Below, in pieces: positions 19,826 through 29,627 of a DNA stretch of 64,000 nt (position 1 is the first letter of the stretch; every line of letters starts with the position of its first letter). Position numbers and translations under genes: made by a program. A model generated the notes under the pieces. That model was not told the DNA's origin. It did no database searches and worked only from the letters and a program-made list of their open reading frames with translations. The DNA is from an uncultured Chloroflexia bacterium (GTDB lineage: Bacteria > Chloroflexota > Anaerolineae > Promineifilales > Promineifilaceae), in contig CAVWDW010000003.1 of the NCBI GenBank assembly GCA_963753865.1, positions 53,619 through 117,618 on the forward strand, read 5' to 3'.

Positions 19826-20076
19826 AGCGGCAGCCCTCATCCGTCATCAGCCAGCCCGGTCCGGCGCCTGTGAAACAGACAGGCAGCGGCCGTCATGCTG
19901 ATGCCCCCACGCAGCTTTGAAACCTCCTGGAGCATACGCCGCCACTGATGCCTGTCGCGCTCTGGCCCTGATGACAACGGCCGGGGGTTCCCAAGCCAAG
20001 TCGCTGTAGTCCAAAAAGTCTGCGCTGTTGTCCATCCGCAGCAAGGCATTTCGCCTATAGTGGAGTCAGGTTCATA

Positions 20077-20448
20077 GTGATGACTTCAACGCACAGCATC
20101 CTGATTATTGACGCAGACAAGGCCACCAGCAGGCTGTACCAGCGCGAGATCGGCAAAGTCTACAACGTCATCGCCTGTGCAAATTGGGCCCAGGGACTGG
20201 AAATCGTCAAGACGTTCGACATCTCGGCCATCATTCTGGATCCATATCAGCCCGATCTCCAGGACTGGCCCACACTGGATGATGACGCTGTGCAGCACCA
20301 GGAGATTCCGATCATTATCTGCACGACAGCGGACACGAGCCTGGCCTCAAGTCAACGTGTCCGGAAATACCTCATCAAACCAGTTTTGCCCACGCAACTG
20401 CTCATAGAGTTGGCCAGCGTGTTTACAGAAAGGAGGCCGCATACATAA
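20077..20448 (+). CDS. Stand-alone response regulator receiver domain protein
   Basis: ILIIDAD, AIILDPYQPD, IIICTTA and YLIKPV match the receiver beta1/beta3/beta4/beta5 positions. No output domain. Confidence 0.7.
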   Translation: MMTSTHSILIIDADKATSRLYQREIGKVYNVIACANWAQGLEIVKTFDISAIILDPYQPDLQDWPTLDDDAVQHQEIPIIICTTADTSLASSQRVRKYLIKPVLPTQLLIELASVFTERRPHT

Positions 20449-20533
20449 TAGCGACATAGCCCATAACCCACATTCTCGTCTGTCTATCTATCCAAAATCT
20501 TGGGAGCGAGTATCTTTAGGAGAGGAATCAGAA

Positions 20534-21973
20534 ATGAAAAACAACGTTGTGAAAATTCTCTTGCTCATCGTTATGGCCGCCCTCATTGCAGGGTGTTCTG
20601 CGCCGGCAGACACGGCGACCACCGTGGCTACGGCCGTTTCAGAAGTCAGCGAATCGGCCGAGGCTGCTGTAAGTGAGCCAACCGAAGCAGAACCAGCCGA
20701 AGAGATGGCTGAAGCTGCTGTCGACGAGGTCATTACGATCGAATACTGGATGCCCGATTGCGACACGGCATGTTGGGCGCCGCATGAGGCGTGGGCCGCG
20801 GAGTACAGCGAACTACATCCTAACGTTCAGTTTGTCCATCGCGGAGCGTCTTGGGGCGATTACTGGACCAAGCTGCCTCTCGAACTGGCCGCCGGAACCG
20901 GGCCTGATATGTGGTGGCATCACAACGCCTACAATTCGCTGATCGGCGATGGTCACGTTGCCCCGCTGCCGGCCGAAATGGTCGCAGAACTGCGGACCAC
21001 CCACGACAACATTGACGCCAATATGATCAACGGTGAACTCTACACGTTCGATCAGGGCAACATGACGGGCCTCATCTTCTACAACAAGGCGATGTGGGCC
21101 GAGGCTGGTCTGACCGAAGACGATATTCCCACCACGTGGGACGAGATGGTCGAGGTAGCCAAGCAGCTCACCGTGACCAATGACAGTGGCGAAATAGAGC
21201 GTGCAGGTTTCTTGCCCGAAGCAGTTATCTGGTGGGCGCTCAAGTACCAGACGGGCGAATTCAATTTCACCCCGGATGGCAGCCAGGTCTTCATCAATAC
21301 AGAAGGCGGCCGCACAGCTACGCAGATGATGAGTGATTGGATCAACGTGGACAAGATCTACTCCACTAATCTGCCGCCAAGCCAGGAGGCACTCGGCTCC
21401 GATGTAGCCGCCATGATCTACAACTGGGGTTGGGCTGCGGGCTGGTTGAATGACAATGCGCCTGATCTCGATTGGGGTGTCTTCCCGCTGCCGACCATCG
21501 ACGGGTCGGCTCCGGCGGTAGATCGCATGAACGGCGAAGCGACCTCTGTGGTCAGCGCCCACACGTCCGCGGAGAAGCAAGCAATTGCCTACGACTTTAT
21601 CAATTGGTATACAAGCGACCCTGAGAAGATGGCGGAGTTCGCCTTGACCGGCGTGGCCCCTGTCTTGAAGAGCATCAAGGATGACGCAGATCTCCAGGCG
21701 GTCCCTGTAGTCAGCGCCTCCATCGCGCAGACGGAGCGTACCATGCTATTGGGTTCTCCTCCTGCCTATGAAGATGCACTCAATCAGGAGATAATCGACG
21801 CCGTGCTCATTAGTGGCGCAACCAGTATCGAAGATGGACTGAAGAACGCGCAAGCTCGTGTTCAGGAAGCCATCGATGACTCAATCGCTGCGGGGGATCT
21901 GGTGCTCTGGGGATTCCAGGAACGCGCCTATCCGCATGCAGATGATATGCATCAGCCGGAGCTGCTGCCCTAG
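20534..21973 (+). CDS. Carbohydrate ABC transporter substrate-binding lipoprotein (family 1 SBP)
   Basis: Signal peptide with lipobox LIAGCS, an acidic low-complexity linker, then an SBP_bac_1-like body. AGGAGAGG Shine-Dalgarno. Confidence 0.85.
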   Translation: MKNNVVKILLLIVMAALIAGCSAPADTATTVATAVSEVSESAEAAVSEPTEAEPAEEMAEAAVDEVITIEYWMPDCDTACWAPHEAWAAEYSELHPNVQFVHRGASWGDYWTKLPLELAAGTGPDMWWHHNAYNSLIGDGHVAPLPAEMVAELRTTHDNIDANMINGELYTFDQGNMTGLIFYNKAMWAEAGLTEDDIPTTWDEMVEVAKQLTVTNDSGEIERAGFLPEAVIWWALKYQTGEFNFTPDGSQVFINTEGGRTATQMMSDWINVDKIYSTNLPPSQEALGSDVAAMIYNWGWAAGWLNDNAPDLDWGVFPLPTIDGSAPAVDRMNGEATSVVSAHTSAEKQAIAYDFINWYTSDPEKMAEFALTGVAPVLKSIKDDADLQAVPVVSASIAQTERTMLLGSPPAYEDALNQEIIDAVLISGATSIEDGLKNAQARVQEAIDDSIAAGDLVLWGFQERAYPHADDMHQPELLP

Positions 21974-22105
21974 TTGAACAATCTGGTTCAATAGGCGCAC
22001 GAATGGAAGTTAGTCTGCCAGCCAACGGCCGCAATGCGTTGGCTGGCACTAACTTCCATGACGCACGAGTTTGGGCGCAGCGACCAAGTGGAGGCAGAAA
22101 GAAGT

Positions 22106-23140
22106 ATGACTCAAAACGAATTGAGATCGGAAAGATCCCACGGCCTGGAACTGGACAGGCCCCAAAGTTTAGAGTCTGACCCAGCCAAGCCGTCTGCGCT
22201 GAAATCGTTCCTAAGTGGAAAGACCTTCCTCGTTATGTACGCGGTCGTTCCGGTCATGCTCTTTGGCATATTCATGTGGCTGTACCCAACGGCCTATGGT
22301 ATCTATGCCGGCAATACGAGATGGAACCCGATCGCGGTTGACAACACACCCGAATATATCGGGCTTGACAATTACCGCCGCATTTTCGAACCCGGCTCCA
22401 TTCGCAATCAAGACCTTATGACGGCGCTATCCAACTCCGTCAAATTCGGTGTCTTCACCGTGGGCATCGGTATTCCGCTGGCTCTGGTTCTGGCCACCAT
22501 GATTAACTCGTTGGGCAGGGCGGGCAGCTTCTTTCGATTTATCTACTTCTTGCCGGTCGTGACATCGACCATTGCCGTAGGCATCATTTGGGGGTTCCTG
22601 TACCAGCCACAGTTCGGTCTGTTCAATGCGATCCTCCGTGTGTTTCGCGATGGTCTGGGACTCAACTTTGCCCTGCCTACCTATCTGCTGGATCCCAGGA
22701 TCGCTCTGTACTGTATTGGCGTGATGGTCATCTGGCAGACGCTAGGATTCAATATCGTCATCTACATGGCAGGCCTGAGTGGTGTTCCCAGGGAGTATTA
22801 TGAGGCTGCTTCTATAGATGGTGCGGGCACATGGACTCGTTTCCGGCATATCACAATTCCACTCCTGCAGCCGGCAATCCTCTTCACAACAATAACCGGC
22901 GTGGCGGCTGCGCTTCAGGCCTTTGACGCGATGTACATCTTGTCGCCAAATCGACTTAATCTGGGCGGACCCGCCCGATCGACGCTGACCCTGGTAATGC
23001 TGCTCTTTAACCGGGCGTTCCCCACCTCCGGCAGATACGAGTTCGGCTACGCATCCGCGTTGGGTGTGATCATCTTTGCGCTGGTATTGGTCGTGAGTCT
23101 TATTCAACTGCGACTGAATCGCAACAACTGGGAGTATTGA
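22106..23140 (+). CDS. Carbohydrate ABC transporter permease (MalF/UgpA-like)
   Basis: EAA loop EAASIDGAGTWTRFRHITIPLL. Start chosen at the ATG at 22106 behind GGAGG; the ORF track gives 22034. Confidence 0.85.
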   Translation: MTQNELRSERSHGLELDRPQSLESDPAKPSALKSFLSGKTFLVMYAVVPVMLFGIFMWLYPTAYGIYAGNTRWNPIAVDNTPEYIGLDNYRRIFEPGSIRNQDLMTALSNSVKFGVFTVGIGIPLALVLATMINSLGRAGSFFRFIYFLPVVTSTIAVGIIWGFLYQPQFGLFNAILRVFRDGLGLNFALPTYLLDPRIALYCIGVMVIWQTLGFNIVIYMAGLSGVPREYYEAASIDGAGTWTRFRHITIPLLQPAILFTTITGVAAALQAFDAMYILSPNRLNLGGPARSTLTLVMLLFNRAFPTSGRYEFGYASALGVIIFALVLVVSLIQLRLNRNNWEY

Positions 23141-23141
23141 A

Positions 23142-24011
23142 ATGGAAACGACAACTCAATCTTTCAAGAACCCATTCTCCGCAGTGTCGCGTGCCGGTCT
23201 TGTCAAGTCATTGACCTTTCTTGTGGTTGGACTGGGTGCAGTTGCCTCAAGCATCCCGTTCATCTGGATGCTCCTTTCTGCCTTTAAGAGCAATGCGGAG
23301 CTGTCGACATTTCCGCCAACCATCTTTCCACAGCAATGGACGCTGGAAAACATCAGCTGGATGTGGAACACGATCGGGTTTCCGCGGCTTCTTCTCAACA
23401 GCCTGATTGTGTCTGTGGTCGTCACTGGGATAGCACTCTATACCAGCTCTCTGGTCGGGTACGTGCTAGCCAAGTTCCACTTCCGCGGCAAGAACCTGCT
23501 CTTCCTTTTCATCATCTCGCAGATGTTCATCCCGTGGCAAGTTGGGATGATCGTCAGGTGGTTCATGTTTGATTCGGCCGGCCTTCGCAACTCCCTCTTC
23601 GCCCTGATTATTCCCGGCATATATAGTGTCTTTGGCATCTTCCTGATGCGGCAGTATATGCACACAATTCCCAACTCGCTTATGGACGCTGCCCGGATTG
23701 ATGGGTGCTCGGAGATTGGCATCTTTCATCGGATCGTTCTGCCTAATCTTGGCGCACCCCTGTCTGCTCTGGCTGTCTTTACTTTCATGTTCACCTACAA
23801 CGATTTCTTCTGGCCTCTCATTGCGCTAAACAACCCGGATCAATACACCGTTCCGTTGGGATTGGCGTTCAGTCAAGGCCAATACTTCAATAACAATGCG
23901 TATGGCATGGGAGGAGCCGCGATTGCCGTCATTCCTATGCTCCTTGTGTTCATCTTCTTCCAGCGACGGATTACAGAAGGAATCACCTTGACAGGCACAG
24001 GCGGGCATTGA
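23142..24011 (+). CDS. Carbohydrate ABC transporter permease (MalG/UgpE-like)
   Basis: EAA loop DAARIDGCSEIGIFHRIVLPNL. Starts 2 nt after the previous stop. Confidence 0.85.
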   Translation: METTTQSFKNPFSAVSRAGLVKSLTFLVVGLGAVASSIPFIWMLLSAFKSNAELSTFPPTIFPQQWTLENISWMWNTIGFPRLLLNSLIVSVVVTGIALYTSSLVGYVLAKFHFRGKNLLFLFIISQMFIPWQVGMIVRWFMFDSAGLRNSLFALIIPGIYSVFGIFLMRQYMHTIPNSLMDAARIDGCSEIGIFHRIVLPNLGAPLSALAVFTFMFTYNDFFWPLIALNNPDQYTVPLGLAFSQGQYFNNNAYGMGGAAIAVIPMLLVFIFFQRRITEGITLTGTGGH

Positions 24012-24160
24012 GACGGCCGTTGCACTAGCGGCAAAACGACTCCTATGACTATTGACTCACGCGCCGTCCGGATTACCCACTGGCTGCTTGGCCTGAACCG
24101 CAGCGCGTCGAACGTACACCAGGGGCCGACGGCACATCTACACCTACACAGGGCACATCA

Positions 24161-25579
24161 ATGACCAAGATCGCTTTTATTGGGGCAGGCAGTACCGTGT
24201 TTGCCAGAAACCTGATGGGGGACATTCTCAGTTTTCCGGAACTGGCTAATTGCACCCTGGCTCTACACGACATCGATGAAGACCGGCTGCAAACATCGGC
24301 CGTCGTTGGACGCAATCTGGCAGCGGCTATGGACGTGCACCCAACCATCGAAGCCACCACCGACCGCCGCGCCGCGCTGGATGGCGCCGACTACGCCATC
24401 AGCATGTTTCAGGTGGGTGGCTACGAACCCGGGACGGTCACTGACTTCGAGATTCCAAAGAGCTATGGTCTGCAGCAAACTATAGCAGACACATTGGGCG
24501 TCGGCGGCATCATGCGCTCCCTGCGTACCATCCCGGTATTCCTGGACATTCTCGATGATATGGAAGAGCTATGTCCCGATGTAACCTTTCTCAACTACGT
24601 CAACCCCATGGCCATGATTTGCTGGGCCATTAGCCGGGCCAGCAAGATTAAGACAGTCGGCTTGTGTCACAGTGTCTTTCATACGGCCCACGAACTCTCG
24701 CTCGACATCGGTGTGCCGGTCGATGAGATCAACTATGTGGCGGCGGGCATCAACCACATGGCCTTCTACCTCAAGTTTGAGCGAGACGGCCAGGACCTCT
24801 ACCCTCTTATCCAACAGGTCGTGGATGAGGGCCGCGTGCCGGACTGGAACCGCGTCCGTTATGACCTGTTCAACCGCCTGGGATACTTTGTCACTGAATC
24901 CAGCGAGCATTTGAGTGAGTATGTGCCCTGGTTTGTCAAACGTGACCGGCCCGATCTGATCGAGGCCTACAACATCCCGATTGATGAGTACATATGGCGC
25001 TGTGAGAATCAGATTGCCGGCTGGGAACACCTCCGGGCCGCGCTGGAAGATCCGGACCCACTGGCCGCAGCGCGATTCGAGCAAACCTACACGCGAGACC
25101 TGCTCCACACGCTGGATGCTGCGGACCCCTGGCACGCCGCACAGCTGCGGCGCTGGGGGGCACGGGACGAGGAGCTGGAAGGGCCGACCGTGCGCCATTC
25201 GGGTGAGTACGGTTCGCTTATCATACACGGTCTGGAGACGGGCGAGCCGCAGGTGGTCTATGGCAACGTGCCCAACAACGGGCTGATCGACAATTTGCCC
25301 CAGGGCTGCTGTGTCGAGGTGCCCTGCCTGGTGGACAAGAACGGCATCCAGCCGGTCAAGATTGGCCCACTCCCTCCCCAGTTGGCTGCGCTGATGCAGA
25401 CCAACATCAATGTGCAGGCTCTGACGGTAGAGGCGGCGCTAACCGGCCTACGTCAGCACATCTATCACGCAGCCATGCTGGACCCCCACACGGCGGCCGA
25501 GCTGGACCTGGATCAAATCTGGAATCTGGTGGATGACCTGCTGGAAGCGCACCAGGATTGGCTCCCTGCGTACGAGTGA
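24161..25579 (+). CDS. Glycoside hydrolase family 4 (NAD+/Mn2+-dependent alpha-glucosidase/alpha-galactosidase type)
   Basis: KIAFIGAGSTVFARNL Rossmann N-terminus and the conserved VGLCHSV segment. Confidence 0.85.
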   Translation: MTKIAFIGAGSTVFARNLMGDILSFPELANCTLALHDIDEDRLQTSAVVGRNLAAAMDVHPTIEATTDRRAALDGADYAISMFQVGGYEPGTVTDFEIPKSYGLQQTIADTLGVGGIMRSLRTIPVFLDILDDMEELCPDVTFLNYVNPMAMICWAISRASKIKTVGLCHSVFHTAHELSLDIGVPVDEINYVAAGINHMAFYLKFERDGQDLYPLIQQVVDEGRVPDWNRVRYDLFNRLGYFVTESSEHLSEYVPWFVKRDRPDLIEAYNIPIDEYIWRCENQIAGWEHLRAALEDPDPLAAARFEQTYTRDLLHTLDAADPWHAAQLRRWGARDEELEGPTVRHSGEYGSLIIHGLETGEPQVVYGNVPNNGLIDNLPQGCCVEVPCLVDKNGIQPVKIGPLPPQLAALMQTNINVQALTVEAALTGLRQHIYHAAMLDPHTAAELDLDQIWNLVDDLLEAHQDWLPAYE

Positions 25580-25623
25580 CACGAGTTATTGTCTGGCAAA
25601 CTGAAATCATTGGGGAAATCATT

Positions 25624-27963
25624 TTGAGCGAGTATCCATTGCAGCCAGAACTCAGGAATCTGCTTAGCGACCCATCCTGGCTAATCACCCAGGGCGACTA
25701 TATACCTGATCTGAATCTGATTTACGAAACAAACTTTGCCCTGACTAACGGCTACATGGGCACCCGCGGCTCGCTGGAAGAGGCGGTCTGGCCCTCCCGT
25801 CCGGGAACCTTCCTCGCCGGTGTATTCAATCAGGCCGAGGATGTGACAAAAGCGCTGGTCAACACGCCCAACTGGCTGCCGCTGCGCATCTACGTGGATG
25901 GAGCTAGTCTGACACCAGACACCTGCCAGGTCGCGCACTTCCACCGGACGCTAGATATGGCGTTCGGTATCCTGTTTCGCAGCATGGTGCTGCGTGACGC
26001 GCAGGGACGCGAGACACGAGTGGAAGGTTACCGATTCCTGAGCCGTCACAACGTCCATCGCGCCGGGCTGCGGCTCTATGTTACACCTTTGAACTACAGT
26101 GGTGCGCTGGATATCGAGAGCATTAGCGACGGGACGATCACCAACATCGTCGCAGATCAGGGTCCGCCTTACGAAGTCAAACATCTGCGGTTGGTGACCA
26201 ATGAATCGATTTCCACTGGCACGGGCGGCTATCTGGAGATGGCCACCCGCGATAGTGACCTGCGCATCGGCCTGGCCACAGCGGTGCAGGTGTCCGACGT
26301 GAATGGCCACGCGCTGGAGAGGGTCCACACGCTTGAGACGGCGGGCGAGCAGCAGATCGAGCGGATTACAGTGACTGTCGAAGAGAATGAGACGGTGTGC
26401 CTCGACAAGTATGCCCTGACCTATACCACCCGTGACATAGAGCAGTCGAGGCTACGGCAGACTGTTACGGATGGGCTGCAGGGGTTCATTGCCGAGGGTT
26501 TGGTCCCTGAAATGAACGCCCACCGCCACGCTTATCAAGACCTGTGGGACGTAGCCGACATCACCATCCTGGGCGATGACCATGCCCAGAAGCTGCTGCG
26601 ATTCAACATCTTTCACCTGATGAGCAGTGTCAATGCCAACGACGACACAGTCAATCTGGGCGCCAAGGGGCTGCACGGCGAGGGCTACCGGGGGCATGTT
26701 TTCTGGGACACAGAAGCCTATCTACTGCCCTTCTTCACCTATACGTGGCCGGAGGCGGCGCGAACCTTGCTGGTCTACCGCTACAACCTGCTGGACGATG
26801 CACGCCGCAATGCAGCCGCCAACGGCCACAAAGGGGCGCGCTTTGCCTGGGAGTCCACCGACACTGGCGAAGAAGCGTGCGTCGAGTGGTGCACCAACAT
26901 TATGGGCAAGCCGGTTCGCTGCTGGTGTGGCGAGCTCGAGCTGTTTGTCTCGGCCACCATTGCGTATGGCATCCAGGAATATGCGCGCATCACCGGCGAC
27001 ACGGACTTCATGCGCGACTATGGCCGTGAGATCATTGTGGAAACGGCGCGTTACTGGGCGTCGGCCTTCACCTATAACGCCGCTGCTGATCGGTATGATC
27101 TACCTGACGTGATTGGCCCTGACGAGTTCCACAATCATGTGGACAACAACTTCTTCACCAACTACTTCGCCCACTGGAATATTGACCTGGCCATCACTAT
27201 TCTGGATAAGCTGGGCCAGGATGATTCATCCGGCTTTCAGGCGCTTGTGGATCGCATTGGTCTGACCCCGGATGAGCTGGCGCAGCTCAAGGAAGTGGCC
27301 GGCAAGATCACAATCCTCTTTGACCCCGACACCCGGTTGGCCGAACAGTTTGCCGGCTACTTTGAACGAGAGCAGTTTCTGATCGTTGAGCATGATGAGA
27401 ACCATATGCCTCTTTGGCCGGAGGGAATCGGGCAGGATTCGGACCTGGGAGATACTCAACTCATCAAACAGCCCGACGTGGTCATGCTGATGCTGCTTCT
27501 TGGGAACGATTTCGACCTGGAAACCAAGCGCATTAATTATGAGTTCTATAAGCCACGCACCACCCATAAATCCTCACTCAGCGCCAGCGCCAGTGCGCTG
27601 ATGGGGCTGATCGTTGGCGACACGGCCGAGGCTTATACTGATTTTCTGCGCACAGCCGAGACAGATCTCGTTGACAATCAGGCCAATACCGATCTGGGGC
27701 TGCATCTGGCTTCAACCGGCGGCACATGGCAGGTGGCCGTTCTGGGGTTTGCCGGGATGCACGTGGACGGCAGCGGCACCCTGTGCTTCGCCCCGCAACT
27801 TCCCCGCCATTGGCATGAGATGTCGTTCAGGGTGTGGTGGCGGGGGGCGCTGCTGGAGGTCACCATTGAGCAAACGAGGGTCAACGTCGAAGTGCTGCAA
27901 GCGTCCGGCGAAGGCCCGGATATCACCGTCAAGCTGGGATCGGAGTTGATTGTTGTCGCATGA
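25624..27963 (+). CDS. Glycoside hydrolase family 65 disaccharide phosphorylase (kojibiose/maltose/trehalose phosphorylase family)
   Basis: ETNFALTNGYMGTRGSLEE, GHVFWDTEAYLLPFF and IKQPDVVMLM motifs. The start is uncertain: TTG at 25624 behind GGGGA is chosen because the ORF-track start at 25558 overlaps the GH4 gene. Confidence 0.8.
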   Translation: MSEYPLQPELRNLLSDPSWLITQGDYIPDLNLIYETNFALTNGYMGTRGSLEEAVWPSRPGTFLAGVFNQAEDVTKALVNTPNWLPLRIYVDGASLTPDTCQVAHFHRTLDMAFGILFRSMVLRDAQGRETRVEGYRFLSRHNVHRAGLRLYVTPLNYSGALDIESISDGTITNIVADQGPPYEVKHLRLVTNESISTGTGGYLEMATRDSDLRIGLATAVQVSDVNGHALERVHTLETAGEQQIERITVTVEENETVCLDKYALTYTTRDIEQSRLRQTVTDGLQGFIAEGLVPEMNAHRHAYQDLWDVADITILGDDHAQKLLRFNIFHLMSSVNANDDTVNLGAKGLHGEGYRGHVFWDTEAYLLPFFTYTWPEAARTLLVYRYNLLDDARRNAAANGHKGARFAWESTDTGEEACVEWCTNIMGKPVRCWCGELELFVSATIAYGIQEYARITGDTDFMRDYGREIIVETARYWASAFTYNAAADRYDLPDVIGPDEFHNHVDNNFFTNYFAHWNIDLAITILDKLGQDDSSGFQALVDRIGLTPDELAQLKEVAGKITILFDPDTRLAEQFAGYFEREQFLIVEHDENHMPLWPEGIGQDSDLGDTQLIKQPDVVMLMLLLGNDFDLETKRINYEFYKPRTTHKSSLSASASALMGLIVGDTAEAYTDFLRTAETDLVDNQANTDLGLHLASTGGTWQVAVLGFAGMHVDGSGTLCFAPQLPRHWHEMSFRVWWRGALLEVTIEQTRVNVEVLQASGEGPDITVKLGSELIVVA

Positions 27964-28862
27964 AACAGTATAAGGCCATCTTCTTTGACTGGGACGGAAC
28001 GGCCGTCGCATCGCGCAGCGCGTCGGCAGATGAACTGCTGCCGCGCCTAAGCCGGCTCCTGGCACAGGACGTGTTACTGATTGTGATCAGCGGCACCACA
28101 TATGGCAATGTCGCGCAGGGATTGCTGTATGACCGGCTGCCGGAGAGCCAACGACACAACCTCTTCATGGGTCTTGGTCGTGGCGCCTATAACTACGGGT
28201 ATGTTGACGGTGCCGTGAGCATCCTGCACGAGATAACACCTGACCTGCCAACACGGCTAAAGATCGACAAAGTTGCCTTTGACATCCACGCCCACTTGCT
28301 GGGACAGTACCAATACAGAACAGACATCGTATTTAGCCGGCCCAATTACTGCAAGATTGACCTGCTTAGTGAGGTTGACCGGGGAGATTCACTGCATTTT
28401 CAGCCCGGTGAGCTTGACCTGGTCAATCGCAATCTGGAACGGCACAGCTATCAAGGTGGGGTGCGCCGGCTCATAGATGAAGCAATAGAAGTTGCAAGCG
28501 GCGCGGGACTGTCGCTGCAGGCAACCACAGATGCCAAGTACCTGGAAATCGGCATGGCGACGAAGGCCCACAACGTAGACTGGATGTATGAGAACGTCGT
28601 CTTTGACCGGGGTATCTCCATCAAGGAGTGCTGCTTCTGGGGTGACGAGTTCATGTTCCTGGGGCAGGGGGTGCGCGGCAGCGACGCGATGATGATAACT
28701 GACAAGACACGACAAGCGGACTTTTTCGATGTTTCAGAAGACCCCGGCCCTTTGCCGCCTGAGGTGCAGCACGTGGGTGGCAGCGTCTCGCGGTTTCTGG
28801 AGTTTCTGGACACCCAGGGCGCCGCGCAGCCCAATCAGCCGGAGCTTGATCGCAATGAATGA
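27960..28862 (+). CDS. HAD-superfamily hydrolase (type IIB-like, 300 aa)
   Basis: N-terminal nucleophile motif AIFFDWDGT and distal GDEFMFLGQGVRGSDAMM. ATGA overlap with the GH65 gene. Confidence 0.7.
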   Translation: MKQYKAIFFDWDGTAVASRSASADELLPRLSRLLAQDVLLIVISGTTYGNVAQGLLYDRLPESQRHNLFMGLGRGAYNYGYVDGAVSILHEITPDLPTRLKIDKVAFDIHAHLLGQYQYRTDIVFSRPNYCKIDLLSEVDRGDSLHFQPGELDLVNRNLERHSYQGGVRRLIDEAIEVASGAGLSLQATTDAKYLEIGMATKAHNVDWMYENVVFDRGISIKECCFWGDEFMFLGQGVRGSDAMMITDKTRQADFFDVSEDPGPLPPEVQHVGGSVSRFLEFLDTQGAAQPNQPELDRNE

Positions 28863-29493
28863 CGGACAGAAAGTGATTGTGTTCCAGGGTGATTCCATCA
28901 CCGATGCCGACAGAGACCGCAACCCGATGCATGCGGATAGTCCCAACGCGTTCGGCTCGGGATATGTCAACTTGATTGCTGCCCAACTGCTGCACGAACA
29001 ACCCGGTGCGCTCCAGATATACAATCGCGGGGTTGGCGGAGACCGCATCCTCGATCTGTATGCACGCTGGAAGGCTGAGTGCATCAACCTCAATCCGGAT
29101 CTCATCAGCATCCTGGTGGGCGTCAATGACACCTGGCACGAATTCATCAATCGTAACGGCGTGAGCGTGGAACGGTACGAAACTGTCTATCGCGACCTGC
29201 TGATTGACACCAGGACGAAATTGCCGCAAGTGCGTCTGGTTCTGTGTGAACCGTTTGTCCTCCTTCACGGGGAGGTGACTGAGGCGTGGCTGCCGGATAT
29301 TGCCCGGCGGCAGCAGGTGGTGAAACGATTGGCGTCCGACTTTGATGCTGTGTTTGTCCCATTTCAGGCGGCGCTCGATGCCGCCGTCCACCGTGCGCCG
29401 CCGTCCTGCTGGCTGGTTGACGGGGTTCATCCGACGGCCGCCGGGCATCACCTGTTGGCTCAAACCTGGCTGGATTGTGTGAATGGATATTGA
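28855..29493 (+). CDS. SGNH/GDSL-type hydrolase (esterase/deacetylase)
   Basis: Block I VIVFQGDSITD and block V DGVHPT. The ATG at 28855 overlaps the upstream stop by 8 nt. Confidence 0.8.
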   Translation: MNDGQKVIVFQGDSITDADRDRNPMHADSPNAFGSGYVNLIAAQLLHEQPGALQIYNRGVGGDRILDLYARWKAECINLNPDLISILVGVNDTWHEFINRNGVSVERYETVYRDLLIDTRTKLPQVRLVLCEPFVLLHGEVTEAWLPDIARRQQVVKRLASDFDAVFVPFQAALDAAVHRAPPSCWLVDGVHPTAAGHHLLAQTWLDCVNGY

Positions 29494-29627
29494 CAGGGAG
29501 CTGGCATCTTGCGACGGTTTTCCGTGCGGCAACTTCGCGTTGGCGGCCACGGTCTCTCAGAGCGGCCACGTGGCGGGGTTCATCCTGCGCAACCCGGGCC
29601 GGCTCCATCGCACAAAGGAATGAATAC

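Noticed and set aside
19847-20044. 65-70-aa minus-strand ORFs in the gap between the PIG-L and receiver genes
   Set aside because: They have no Shine-Dalgarno sequence, are Ala/Arg/Gly-rich, overlap each other in two frames, and nothing is recognisable.
25558-25623. ORF-track start of the GH65 gene at 25558 (TTG)
   Set aside because: It would overlap the GH4 gene by 22 nt and adds an N-terminal extension unlike GH65 N-termini. The TTG at 25624 behind GGGGA is preferred, but the true start remains uncertain.
28651-29550. 299-aa minus-strand ORF overlapping the HAD and SGNH genes
   Set aside because: It runs antisense to two genes with clear catalytic motifs and translationally coupled starts, and its composition is shadow-like.
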